Below are positions 1 to 9,652 of a DNA stretch of 64,000 nucleotides, in pieces. Location of the stretch: positions 1-64,000 of the IMG/VR virus record IMGVR_UViG_3300014838_000020. One strand, 5' to 3'. The position numbers and the translations under genes were made by a program. The DNA is from a virus. The notes below the pieces were generated by a model. It saw only the letters and a program-made list of their open reading frames with translations, did not search any database and was not told the origin of the DNA. Position 1 is the stretch's first letter, and each line of letters begins with the position of its first letter.

Positions 1-11
1 CCACTACTTAT

Positions 12-1562
12 ATGATCCGTATAGCTAGTGTTGTTTGGGTTAATACTGTTCGTTTAGTGAAGCAGAAGAACTGGGTTCCTAAAGTTGTACAAATACAAAC
101 AATCAAAGTATCCAAACTTGTCTCAAAAATAGTTAAACCTGTGCGAATTAATACAATTCGATTGGGTAAGACTATAACCAAAAATGTACGAGCAGTGTTT
201 GTAGAAAAAGCCGGTGAAATTGGCAGAATATTCTACCGAATGATATCTGCAGCAATGGTCTACATTGCTAATACTGGTTCGGGTAACATACAACGAATTA
301 TTGTAATGGTGCAGGTTAATGCTGCTAGAATTAACAAGCAAAAGAATGCAATACTACGAACTGTACAAGTACGAACTGCTCGAATTAGCAAACTGAAGAT
401 TACTTCAATCAAGTTGTTACAAACCAATATTGCTCGAATTAATAAGATAAAGACTTCTACCTTTAGAGTTGTTAAAATTCAGTCAGTCAAATTAGTCAAG
501 TCAGCTAATAAGAATATCCATACTGTCCAAGTACAAGCACTCAAATTACGGAAATCTATTACTAAGAATGTTCATACTGTCTGGGTTAATACTGTTCGAA
601 ATAGCAAGACTGTAACCAAATTTAAGAAACTCGTTCAAATAAATATTGCTAGAATTAATAAACAAAAGAACTGGATTGCTAGATCGGTATTCGTACAAAG
701 CATTAAACAATCTAAGACAAAAAATGCTATTGTTCGTGGAGTAAAGATTTCTTCTGCATTTGCTAGAAAATCAGTTGCCAAATCTGTTAAATCAGTATAT
801 GTACAAAAATCGGGAGAACTCGGTCGAATTTTCTACCGAATTATTGCTACTACCTTTATTCAGAGTACTAAACTTTCTAAATCATTAGTTAAAAGCATTA
901 AAAGCAACTTAATTAGAAGTACCCGACTCAGTAAGACTAAATCTACTAATATTACAACTACTGAAGTTCAAAATGCTCGAATTAATAAGCAAAAACGATG
1001 GAATGCCAAGGTAGATCGAGTACAAAGTGTTAAATTCACCAAGACTAAATCTGCAATTCTCAAAGTTGTAGAAATTTTTGCTAATAGACTTTCAAAGCAA
1101 AAGAATACTACTATAAAATCCACTGCTGTTTCTTCAATGAGATTGAAGAAAAAAGCATCTAAGAGCACCCAAGCTGCACAGATTGTTTCGGCTACTGTTA
1201 CTAGGGCAACCAACAGAGATAGAAGAATTACCTCAGGTCTCACTTACACAATTGCATCAAGTAGATCAGTTACTAGATATCGTCAGTTTAAAGCCGTTAT
1301 GGTTAATGCTTTGAGAACCAACAAAGGTATTAAAAAAGATATTACAGTTTCTAGTACGAATATCTCATCTATTCTCAGAGCGAGTGTTCCTTGGAAATTC
1401 CTAATACAGTTTGTCACAAAGATTGTATCTTCCAAGAGTCAAACTATTGAAAAACCAGGTCATGCTAGACCTGATCCTGATTTCTGGGACCCAAACATGA
1501 TTGATTCATCTACCCCAGGAGTGGATGGTCTAGTTTACGGTAACCCTGACGACGATAGATAA
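12..1562 (+). CDS. Highly basic beta-rich 18-aa repeat protein (putative fibre/virion protein); may be 5'-truncated by the window edge
   Basis: Recurring 18-residue units (e.g. MVQVNAARINKQKNAILR, LVQINIARINKQKNWIAR), K/R/V/I/S/T-rich, acidic C-terminal tail. No in-frame stop between nt 3 and the ATG. Confidence 0.55.
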   Translation: MIRIASVVWVNTVRLVKQKNWVPKVVQIQTIKVSKLVSKIVKPVRINTIRLGKTITKNVRAVFVEKAGEIGRIFYRMISAAMVYIANTGSGNIQRIIVMVQVNAARINKQKNAILRTVQVRTARISKLKITSIKLLQTNIARINKIKTSTFRVVKIQSVKLVKSANKNIHTVQVQALKLRKSITKNVHTVWVNTVRNSKTVTKFKKLVQINIARINKQKNWIARSVFVQSIKQSKTKNAIVRGVKISSAFARKSVAKSVKSVYVQKSGELGRIFYRIIATTFIQSTKLSKSLVKSIKSNLIRSTRLSKTKSTNITTTEVQNARINKQKRWNAKVDRVQSVKFTKTKSAILKVVEIFANRLSKQKNTTIKSTAVSSMRLKKKASKSTQAAQIVSATVTRATNRDRRITSGLTYTIASSRSVTRYRQFKAVMVNALRTNKGIKKDITVSSTNISSILRASVPWKFLIQFVTKIVSSKSQTIEKPGHARPDPDFWDPNMIDSSTPGVDGLVYGNPDDDR

Positions 1563-1583
1563 CAATTTTATCGAGTCGGGAAC

Positions 1584-1602
1584 TCACACTAGAGAACGTA
1601 AA
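1584..1602 (+). promoter_or_regulatory. Candidate phage late-promoter motif, copy 1
   Basis: TCACACTAG-agaac-GTAAA, about 35 nt upstream of ATG 1627; matches the copies at 7454 and 38473. Confidence 0.45.
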
Positions 1603-1626
1603 GAGGATAAAAAAAAGGCAAAAAAA

Positions 1627-2238
1627 ATGACTTGGTACTCAATCTATAATCGAGAAAATGCAGGAGTAGAAGCCCTTAAGCATGGTGAAACTCAAGATGG
1701 TGTTCCTTATGTATGGGGTGGAGAGACTTCAGGTGTAGGTTTTGACTGCTCAGGTCTTACTCAATGGGCTTATACTTCTGTAGGCTTATCTATTCCTCGT
1801 ACAACTCAAGAACAATTTAAAGTATGCCAACTAGATCGTGGTACTCCACTTCTCCCTGGAGACCTTCTTTTCATTGCAGGAGCCGATGGAACTGATACTG
1901 AACCAGGCCATGTAATGATATATCACTCTCCTGGATTAGTATTACAGGCCCCATTTACTGGTGAAGATGTCAATGTCGGTCCTTATGATACTGAAGTATA
2001 TTCATTTTCTACTCGACCAGGTGATCTTTACGGAGCAACAATCCAAGGTCCAACGAGTAAAGACTTAAAAGATAATAAACTTGAACGACTAGCTAGCCCT
2101 GCAGCTGAAACTCTTGCTCTTAAAAATGGTTGGCAAGTTCGAGGGTGGAATGGAAAAAACTTCCCTATTCTTCCTTTACAGGGTATTCCTGCAGGAGTTT
2201 GCAAATATACTTCAGTTGACTTTCGCAAAAAGAAGTAG
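1627..2238 (+). CDS. NlpC/P60 cell-wall peptidase
   Basis: PYVWGG...GFDCSGLTQWAY...IPRTT...PGDLLF...GHV motifs with catalytic Cys and His. Confidence 0.92.
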   Translation: MTWYSIYNRENAGVEALKHGETQDGVPYVWGGETSGVGFDCSGLTQWAYTSVGLSIPRTTQEQFKVCQLDRGTPLLPGDLLFIAGADGTDTEPGHVMIYHSPGLVLQAPFTGEDVNVGPYDTEVYSFSTRPGDLYGATIQGPTSKDLKDNKLERLASPAAETLALKNGWQVRGWNGKNFPILPLQGIPAGVCKYTSVDFRKKK

Positions 2239-2247
2239 AAGAAATAA

Positions 2248-3336
2248 ATGGTTAATAGGTTACGTGCAGATTTTCTAACTGGTATCTGTAGTATTACAGC
2301 AGGTAATCCTGCTACTTTAACTACTACAACGGGAATTAATATCAGTATTGGAAGTAATCAATATCTTCCAATTGTTCTAAATCCTGCACCTTTCGATGGA
2401 ATTATAACTAATTCAGAAATTGTTTATACTACGGGAGCATATTCCCCAGGAACCACTAACTTTACTGTAAATAGAGCACAAGAAGGCACAACCAGTCTCG
2501 GATCTCAAACAAATATTCCTTGGATATCAGGGCCAACAGTTCAAGACTTCGGCATTCTTAATGGAATGATTAACGGGGATTTTCCTATACCTACGGCAAG
2601 TGGGCAAGTTTTAGGAGCTACTGCTAGTGGTATTGGAACAGTTGTTTGGATTCCTCCTTATGGAGTTACTGTTTCTGGATCACAAGTATATGGATATTTG
2701 TCTCATGCTACAATTAGTGGTAGTCAAGTAGTTGGTTTTTCGACTCTCGTTAGTGGTTATAATGTATATGGTAACCTCAGTAATGCTACAATCAGTGGAA
2801 GTGATATAGTTGGCCCTATAGCTTTAGTTAATGGATCTACTGCTACTACCCAATCAGCATTAAATGATAGTACCGATGTTTCTACGACTGCCTATACTGA
2901 TGCTGCTGTATTAGTTGAAACAAATAGAGCAGTAACTGAAGAAATAACACTTTCAAATGCTATTAATAGTTATGCCAATACAACATTAACTTTTACTAAT
3001 AAAAGAATTACTAAAAGAGTCTATGGTCCAACTAGTGATGTAACGAGCGCTATACTTACAGACAATTACGATGTATTTTATTTTACTAATGTAGGAGGAA
3101 CAGGACTTATCGAATGTTGGACTGCATCTCCTAATGAAGGAGATGAAATTGACATGTCCTTTACTACATCGGGTGGAACTCATAGTATTTCTTTTAGTAG
3201 CGCTGGTGGGGGAAGTCCAGGATTTGAATCCTCGGGCACGGTCGTACTTCCAACGACAATAAGCACTACACGATTAGATCTACATTTTATATTTAATTCA
3301 GCTACTAGTAACTTCCGTCTTGTCTACAAAGCATAA
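2248..3336 (+). CDS. Virion structural protein, tail-fibre-like
   Basis: T/S/G-rich; N-terminal EIVY..VNRAQEGTT fibre-type motif; internal repeat VSGSQVYGYLSHATISG / VSGYNVYGNLSNATISG. Confidence 0.6.
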   Translation: MVNRLRADFLTGICSITAGNPATLTTTTGINISIGSNQYLPIVLNPAPFDGIITNSEIVYTTGAYSPGTTNFTVNRAQEGTTSLGSQTNIPWISGPTVQDFGILNGMINGDFPIPTASGQVLGATASGIGTVVWIPPYGVTVSGSQVYGYLSHATISGSQVVGFSTLVSGYNVYGNLSNATISGSDIVGPIALVNGSTATTQSALNDSTDVSTTAYTDAAVLVETNRAVTEEITLSNAINSYANTTLTFTNKRITKRVYGPTSDVTSAILTDNYDVFYFTNVGGTGLIECWTASPNEGDEIDMSFTTSGGTHSISFSSAGGGSPGFESSGTVVLPTTISTTRLDLHFIFNSATSNFRLVYKA

Positions 3337-3342
3337 GGAAAA

Positions 3343-4218
3343 ATGGCTCGATTAAGACCAGTTCCGCTCTATGCAGACCAATATCCTATTGGTGTAGCTA
3401 TTTTTAATAATGGTGTATTAACTGACCCCGATAGTGAACAAGTATACTTAGAAGTTATTCAGCAAGAAAGTAATACAGTTATTATTCCTAGTGGAACTAT
3501 GGCAACCAGACAGGGTGTTGGTCTTTACAATTATCTATTAGGAAATAATGAAACAACTGTTCCTGGAGTTAACCAAGTAACTTGGACATGGACAGCTTCT
3601 GGTATGCCTATAACCTTTATTGACTATTACTATCAAGCTGATACTCCAATGTACTACTACAGTTCATTAACTGAAAATCAGAGAAATATAGTAGTTAGTA
3701 TAGGTCACAGAATAGATAGATCATTTGATAGTTCATATGGTGGACCATATCTACAGGACCTTCCACAAGCAGGTATGAACATTTATGAAGATATTGCCAT
3801 GGTCTGGACTAATGAAACAATGGACTATGTTAACTATGAATTTCAACCAATTTTTAATCCTGCATGGGGTGTTGGAGTAAACGCTATTGCTCAGATCCCT
3901 CAACAGTATGCAGGAATGGTTAATTCACAGGTTTATGCTCACTTCTTAAAGCACATTGCTCGAAACTACATTGAACAACCAATGCCAGAAAATATGACAG
4001 CAGTTTGGAATAATCGTAGAGATTATTATGAGCGTTGGTGGCGTTTATATGAATTTGATAAAGAAATAGCTGACAAGCAGTTACGTCAGGTTAAGCGTTG
4101 GTATTTGATTGGTTCCAAGAGAGCTATGTTGGTGGCTGGGGGGCTAATTCCAAGGACATTTATTAATCCAGCAAACGGTGGAGCTCACTATGGAACAGCC
4201 AATATAGGTGGGTGGTAG
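3343..4218 (+). CDS. Putative head-tail adaptor/neck protein
   Basis: Position in the virion module; N-terminal Ig-like region (GVGLYNY..VTWTW) followed by a helical region. Confidence 0.5.
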   Translation: MARLRPVPLYADQYPIGVAIFNNGVLTDPDSEQVYLEVIQQESNTVIIPSGTMATRQGVGLYNYLLGNNETTVPGVNQVTWTWTASGMPITFIDYYYQADTPMYYYSSLTENQRNIVVSIGHRIDRSFDSSYGGPYLQDLPQAGMNIYEDIAMVWTNETMDYVNYEFQPIFNPAWGVGVNAIAQIPQQYAGMVNSQVYAHFLKHIARNYIEQPMPENMTAVWNNRRDYYERWWRLYEFDKEIADKQLRQVKRWYLIGSKRAMLVAGGLIPRTFINPANGGAHYGTANIGGW

Positions 4219-5114
4219 AAAATATGGAAAAAGGAGTTTACAAACACACTTTAGAAACTAAAGAGAAATTATCAAAGTTAGCTAAGGGGAGGGTTAGTCC
4301 CCGCAAGGGTGTTCATCTCTCAGACGAGACAAAAGAGAAACTTCGTCAAGCTAATCTTGGTAAAGTTGGTTTAGTTGGTTCTAAAAATCCAATGTATGGT
4401 AAATCAATGTCCGAAGAATCTAAAGAAAAGGCTAGAAAAACTAATGCTTCTAAAGTACGCAATTTTACGTGCACTAGATGTAATGAAATTAAAACTTGTA
4501 ATAATTCTGGAAGACTCCGAAAAACTTGTGATACTTGTTTGAATAAACTTAATCCTTGCATATGTGGCTGCGGTGAATTCGTAAGAGCAGCACACAATAA
4601 TTCTCAACTTATTTCTGGTCATAATACTACTTTAATACCATCTGAAGAAATGAAGCGTCGTGGCCAAAAATCTATAGATTCACGAAGAAAAAATGGAACT
4701 TTATCTCCTTCGCCTGAAACTAGAAAAAAAATCTCAAAATCTGTTATTAAAGCTCATAAAGATGGCAAATTAAAAAATTCTCATGGCATTAGGCATTCTA
4801 AAGGTGAGCTTTCGCTAAAACCATATCTTGAATCATTAGGATATATTCATGAGGGAGACAAAAGTTTACGTATTTCTAATGGTTTCAGAACTAGATACCC
4901 TGATTACTACAATCCAGAAACCAAACAGATAGTTGAATATTTTGGTACCTATTGGCATCGTGATCGAAAATTGCCCAAAGGTAAAAAACACGCAACTGAG
5001 CAAGAAGTAATTAATTGGTACTATAAACAGGGTTGGGAATGTACTGTGGCCTGGGAAGATCAAACTCCTGAAATTATTGAACATCTTCAAGAAATCTCTG
5101 CCGGTAAACTCTAG
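4212..5114 (+). CDS. Free-standing homing endonuclease (NUMOD3 + CxCGCG + Vsr/EDxHD-like nuclease domain)
   Basis: HTLETKEKLS, HLSDETKEKLR and NPMYGK NUMOD3 motifs; CICGCG; PDYY..IVEYFGTYWH..WE nuclease core. Confidence 0.8.
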   Translation: MVENMEKGVYKHTLETKEKLSKLAKGRVSPRKGVHLSDETKEKLRQANLGKVGLVGSKNPMYGKSMSEESKEKARKTNASKVRNFTCTRCNEIKTCNNSGRLRKTCDTCLNKLNPCICGCGEFVRAAHNNSQLISGHNTTLIPSEEMKRRGQKSIDSRRKNGTLSPSPETRKKISKSVIKAHKDGKLKNSHGIRHSKGELSLKPYLESLGYIHEGDKSLRISNGFRTRYPDYYNPETKQIVEYFGTYWHRDRKLPKGKKHATEQEVINWYYKQGWECTVAWEDQTPEIIEHLQEISAGKL

Positions 5115-5449
5115 TGTCAAGATTTGCTGCATCAGAACCTTTAAAAGATCCATCACTTAATAAAGTCGACGATAAGACAACGGATAAGCCATTGAAGCTT
5201 TTTAGTATGTATCGTCGTGGTGACATTTCAGAAGATCATGATGAAAATCAAAGAACAGATCCTGATAAACCACAATTTGATGGTGTAATATTTAGAAGTG
5301 GTAAGTGTGTAATATCGTGGAATACAGAAGCAAAATCAGTAGCTGTCTTTGACAGTTTTGAAGAATTAATGAAAATTCACGGACATAATAAACCTGGAAT
5401 TGACGATAGATATCAATCTGAGATAAAATATTACGATATATCAGAATAA
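5114..5449 (+). CDS. Conserved phage hypothetical protein
   Basis: GTG start overlaps the upstream stop; GVIF.SGKCVISW...S.AVFDS..E..KIHGH pattern typical of a small phage family. Confidence 0.55.
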   Translation: MSRFAASEPLKDPSLNKVDDKTTDKPLKLFSMYRRGDISEDHDENQRTDPDKPQFDGVIFRSGKCVISWNTEAKSVAVFDSFEELMKIHGHNKPGIDDRYQSEIKYYDISE

Positions 5450-5454
5450 ATTAG

Positions 5455-6204
5455 ATGCCTAACAATCCTGTCTTTTATCCCCCCTATATAGCTGGTAAAC
5501 CCTCCTATCAACCTGTCACATCACTTACTACACTATCTGGACAAATTGAATCTAATATTTATGTCCAAAAGTACAGAGAACAAAACAGTGAAATCGATCT
5601 ACAGAGATTTCATGATGAGACACTACAAAATTTTGGAGAACAGTGTTTACTAAGATTGCTATGGCGTGCTGAAGACTTTACTGCAAATCTAGTTGGTCGT
5701 TGTATAGTTTGTCAGGATAGTGAAAGTCCCACTAATCCAGATGTTAGTGTTCAACAAAGAGTAGCGAGATCCTATGGACAGTCAGGCAATACCTATTGTC
5801 CTAACTGCTATGGGACTTCATTCAATGGTGGTTTCCAGAATGTCGTATACCAATTATTTATGCTAGCAGCAGATACTCCAGATAAACGTAATAATCAAAT
5901 AGTTGGTCAATTTTGGAATCAAAACCCAAGAGTTCAATTTAGCTGGTACCCACAAATACGACAAGGTGATCTGGTGGCTAGGGTTGAATCGTGGAGTGAA
6001 GACACCCCTACTCTGACTTCTCAGATATTCATTGTATCTAATGTAGAACCTGTTACTGTTCGTACAGGTCCAGGACCATCTGCTGAGTATCCTTATAGAA
6101 CCGGTTCTAATCCATTTCAGAATACTACTAAAATAGTTGCTCAAATTTGTACTTTAGAGAACTTACAGCCAGGACATCCATACTTCTCAGTGCCACTCTC
6201 CTAA
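5455..6204 (+). CDS. Putative head-closure/neck protein
   Basis: Neck position; CxxC...CPNCYGTSFNGG zinc motif typical of myophage neck proteins. Confidence 0.55.
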   Translation: MPNNPVFYPPYIAGKPSYQPVTSLTTLSGQIESNIYVQKYREQNSEIDLQRFHDETLQNFGEQCLLRLLWRAEDFTANLVGRCIVCQDSESPTNPDVSVQQRVARSYGQSGNTYCPNCYGTSFNGGFQNVVYQLFMLAADTPDKRNNQIVGQFWNQNPRVQFSWYPQIRQGDLVARVESWSEDTPTLTSQIFIVSNVEPVTVRTGPGPSAEYPYRTGSNPFQNTTKIVAQICTLENLQPGHPYFSVPLS

Positions 6205-6223
6205 CTTCGAAGGAGTAGATGAT

Positions 6224-6739
6224 ATGATTCAACCAATGCCTGATTACGTTACCAGCAAGATTGCTGCAAGAGCCGTTGCTTTAGCAGCTTATCGAGCTCC
6301 TAAAAAGAGTGGTAAAGGTGCATTAAGTTTTCGGCCAGTAAGTTCAAATGGTCAAATAGGAATTTCAGTGCCACCTGAATATGGATATATGATGGCTCTC
6401 GATAGAGGTTATGATCCATATGTAATGTATGGGCTAACTGGAAAAACTATTCCGATTAGAGATGCCAGTGGTCGTATTAACTTTAGAACAGCTTATGGTG
6501 CTAGTGCTCCTGGTAAACGGAAAATTATTAGCAGAAATGCTCAAGGTCACATAACTGAAACAAAAATAATGTGGAAAAATCCTGGTATGCAAGGTATGCA
6601 CTTTATTGAAGATGCTCTGAAACAAGCAGCTATGGAATGGAAAAATGCTGCTGGTCCAGAGGAAATATTAACTATGATTGAATCTACAGGTGCTGCTGGA
6701 GCAGCATTTGTTGAAACACTTAATCAGATGCGCTTTTAG
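6224..6739 (+). CDS. Neck/tail-completion protein (HK97 gp10-like)
   Basis: APKKSG...YMMALDRG...NPGMQGMHFIEDAL pattern. Confidence 0.55.
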   Translation: MIQPMPDYVTSKIAARAVALAAYRAPKKSGKGALSFRPVSSNGQIGISVPPEYGYMMALDRGYDPYVMYGLTGKTIPIRDASGRINFRTAYGASAPGKRKIISRNAQGHITETKIMWKNPGMQGMHFIEDALKQAAMEWKNAAGPEEILTMIESTGAAGAAFVETLNQMRF

Positions 6740-6752
6740 GTAGGTAACTAAA

Positions 6753-7406
6753 ATTTATCGAACTGCCGTGAAAACGTGTCTCATTGATGCTCTAACAGAG
6801 TATATTAATGTAATGAATCCTGGTTCAGCATTTCCTCAAGGGAATATACCTAGTAACACCACTAATGAATTAACTCCAACTAAGTTCAATATAGAATATC
6901 CATTGGTAGAGGCATCTTGGCCCAGTATATATGTACATTTTACTCCTATAACTACTCAATGGACTGGTTTAGATCCAGACTTCTTTTATGTAGTTAGTGG
7001 CACAGAAATAGTTTGTGACCGACAAATATATTTTGAAGGCTACATAGATTTTCAAATTCTAGCCATGGCTTCAGAGGAAAGAGATAAATTAGCTGACAGT
7101 ATTGAAAATCTCATACTGTTTGATGTACAGTCACCTGGCAGTACAGCTTTTTATAATACTATCTATGCAGACCCAATAGTTGGCATGACTATTCTTGGTT
7201 CTAAAACAAGACCTATTGGTGATACCATTGTTGCTGGAACTCCTTTTTCTGCAGAATTACTTTCATATGAAGCGACTATTAGAGCTCAAGTTGTAGGTCA
7301 GGCTTATGAACCAAAATATGACTATAATCCACCAATTTTAGAAAGCATTGTAGTCAGTGGTATAACAACATACAACACAAATCCATTTGTTTTCACTGTT
7401 CCCTAA
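6753..7406 (+). CDS. Tail terminator-like protein; probable ATT start at 6753 (ORF track starts at GTG 6768)
   Basis: Directly before the sheath gene; IEYP...WPSIYV motif; SD-like AGGTAGGT 7 nt upstream of the ATT. Confidence 0.6.
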   Translation: MYRTAVKTCLIDALTEYINVMNPGSAFPQGNIPSNTTNELTPTKFNIEYPLVEASWPSIYVHFTPITTQWTGLDPDFFYVVSGTEIVCDRQIYFEGYIDFQILAMASEERDKLADSIENLILFDVQSPGSTAFYNTIYADPIVGMTILGSKTRPIGDTIVAGTPFSAELLSYEATIRAQVVGQAYEPKYDYNPPILESIVVSGITTYNTNPFVFTVP

Positions 7407-7453
7407 AGAATCTACATTGTTTTCTTCTTTTAATTAGTAAACATTAATAACAA

Positions 7454-7472
7454 TCGCACTAGAAACTGAGAA
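7454..7472 (+). promoter_or_regulatory. Candidate phage late-promoter motif, copy 2 (upstream of sheath)
   Basis: TCGCACTAG-aaact-GAGAA, about 36 nt upstream of ATG 7498. Confidence 0.5.
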
Positions 7473-7497
7473 GGTGTAAGTCCTTTCAGGAGATTTT

Positions 7498-8949
7498 ATG
7501 AGCCCAATTCCAGGATACCAAAATCCGAATGTTTACGTAGAGCAGGCACCCTCACCTATCATAACGAATGCCGTTCTTAGTGCATCACCAAATATTCTAT
7601 TTTTGGCCTTTTCACCCAATTTACCGACTAGTAATCAAAACGATACCTTCCAATTTACTTCATCTTCTGGTATCCAGACCTTTACTCTAAGTCAGAGTGG
7701 AACAGTTTCTAACTTTGTGCTAACCAATAGTCTAACTGGAGCTCCACTAACTAGTGGAACTAACTACAGTGGGCCAACTACTACGAGTGGAATAACTACG
7801 TTTACCACAATTAGCGGTAGTTCTTTTGTACAGAATAGTACTTACTTGCAGGCTTCCTACACCTTCACTACTGTCGCTCCAGGTTCAGTGTACACATTTA
7901 CGGATTACAATAGTGCAGCCAATACTTTTGGTCAGCCATTCGTTTACAGTGGGTCTACACCAACTATTAACTCACCAGCTTCTTTGGCTGCTTTCCTTGC
8001 ATTCCAGAATGGTGCTCCTCAGGTAACTCTAATGAATATTGTTTCCCAGAGTGGAACAGCAGCTGACTTCCTAACGGCTATTCAATCTTTTACTGGTACA
8101 GATTACTTTGACCTGATCGTTCCACTTGTATTCGATACTGCTTATGATGCTTCATCTACTGGACCTCTATTCAAGGGATTATCACAATTCTTAACTGCTC
8201 AGGCCAATAATGGAATATTCCAAAGGTCATTTATTGGATTAGACAGTTCAGCTGCTGGCTCATCATTGCCAATAACTGTACCAATCAGTATTGCTAACGA
8301 CATGTTTAATCAGAGAGTTAGTGTTTGTAACCTACCGACTATTAACTATAATCCTGGATTTAATAGTTCAACTGGTACGACTACTGGAGTAGTTAGTCTT
8401 AATGGTTACTATGTAGCAGCTGCTTTAGCTGGTTTGTGGGCTTCACAAGCTCCTCAGACACCATTGACTCATCAAACATTACTTGGGTTCTCAAGTCTTT
8501 CTAACCAGTTGACTTCCTCACAGGAAACAACTCTACAGTCTTATGGAGTGTTGGTAGTTGCTCAAAAGCGTAATGGAACTATTTACGTTCGTCATGGTCT
8601 TACTACTAATACTAGTAACTGGCTAACTCAGGAAATTTCAATTAATGCAGTTGGTGACTATGTTGGCAAGAACTTTAAGGAAAACTTTACTAATAGTAAT
8701 CTAATTGGTCAGGCTCTAACTCCATCAGTTATGTCTGCAATTGGTAACTTAACAACCGGCGTTCTGAGTGATCTTAAGACCACTGGTGTCATTCAAGGTT
8801 ATACAGGTATCAACATTGTTCAAGACCCTAATAACCCAACTAGAGTTTTGGTGTCATTCCTGTACTCACCCACTATTCCATTGAATTACATCAATATCAC
8901 TATTGCGATTAACACTGCCAGTGGCGCATTCACGGTAACAGCGGCTTAA
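7498..8949 (+). CDS. Contractile tail sheath protein
   Basis: N-terminal YQNPNVYVE; AAALAG...PLTH; VRHGLTT; C-terminal SPTIPLNYINITI; strong AGGAG RBS. Confidence 0.9.
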   Translation: MSPIPGYQNPNVYVEQAPSPIITNAVLSASPNILFLAFSPNLPTSNQNDTFQFTSSSGIQTFTLSQSGTVSNFVLTNSLTGAPLTSGTNYSGPTTTSGITTFTTISGSSFVQNSTYLQASYTFTTVAPGSVYTFTDYNSAANTFGQPFVYSGSTPTINSPASLAAFLAFQNGAPQVTLMNIVSQSGTAADFLTAIQSFTGTDYFDLIVPLVFDTAYDASSTGPLFKGLSQFLTAQANNGIFQRSFIGLDSSAAGSSLPITVPISIANDMFNQRVSVCNLPTINYNPGFNSSTGTTTGVVSLNGYYVAAALAGLWASQAPQTPLTHQTLLGFSSLSNQLTSSQETTLQSYGVLVVAQKRNGTIYVRHGLTTNTSNWLTQEISINAVGDYVGKNFKENFTNSNLIGQALTPSVMSAIGNLTTGVLSDLKTTGVIQGYTGINIVQDPNNPTRVLVSFLYSPTIPLNYINITIAINTASGAFTVTAA

Positions 8950-8960
8950 GGATTAAATAA

Positions 8961-9602
8961 ATGACTACTACCAACATTCGCGTAGGTGGAGCTTATACTC
9001 GTTTAACCTGGAACCCAGGTGGGTCATCGACCTCATCAGTTAATTTGGCCTGGGTTGATGTTATTCAGGAATCAGCTCCTCAACCAGTTGCTCAGGCTCA
9101 ACCAATTCAACCAGTTGATAGCGAATACCCAATAGAAATTGCCTTCCCTGGTGCTCTAGAGGCTGGTTCACTTACAGTAACTATTCGTGAACAGTGGAAT
9201 ACTGAAGTATGGAATGCTTTTTATTCAACCTATAATGATATTCCTGCTAACTTTGCTACTAACTCAGATGGAAATAACAAAGTAATTTCTGACTTGCTAG
9301 GTGTCTTTAAAGCACAACTAGCTACTGGTAAAGTCGGTCTATCTAAGATTATTCTTGATCCTACTACTCGTGTTCCAATACGTCGCATTGATTACATTAA
9401 TCCAACAATTGTAAATGTTGCAATTGATGAGACTGTTAACATTGGAACGATGACTTTCCCTAAGTCAGTACAGTTTATGTACACACAGCGTATTGAAAAC
9501 TACGCATTCGCTCCTCCTGGTGCTCCTGCTGCATTGACTACTCTTAATGACCCAGGTTCGCTAATTCCTCCAACAGCTAACCAACCAGGTTCTGTTCTCT
9601 AA
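8961..9602 (+). CDS. Tail tube protein
   Basis: Directly follows the sheath gene; size and beta-rich composition fit a tube protein. Confidence 0.75.
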   Translation: MTTTNIRVGGAYTRLTWNPGGSSTSSVNLAWVDVIQESAPQPVAQAQPIQPVDSEYPIEIAFPGALEAGSLTVTIREQWNTEVWNAFYSTYNDIPANFATNSDGNNKVISDLLGVFKAQLATGKVGLSKIILDPTTRVPIRRIDYINPTIVNVAIDETVNIGTMTFPKSVQFMYTQRIENYAFAPPGAPAALTTLNDPGSLIPPTANQPGSVL

Positions 9603-9652
9603 AGATCTATCAACCAGTTACCTACCAAAGGTACTAAAAAAGGAAATATAAA

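Noticed and set aside
1609-1627. A-runs before the NlpC/P60 gene as a phase-variation tract
   Set aside because: Intergenic, short and expected in AT-rich DNA; no frame is affected.
4212-5114. Group I intron around the homing endonucleases
   Set aside because: Endonuclease ORFs overlap or abut complete neighbouring genes, leaving no room for an intron core; treated as free-standing.
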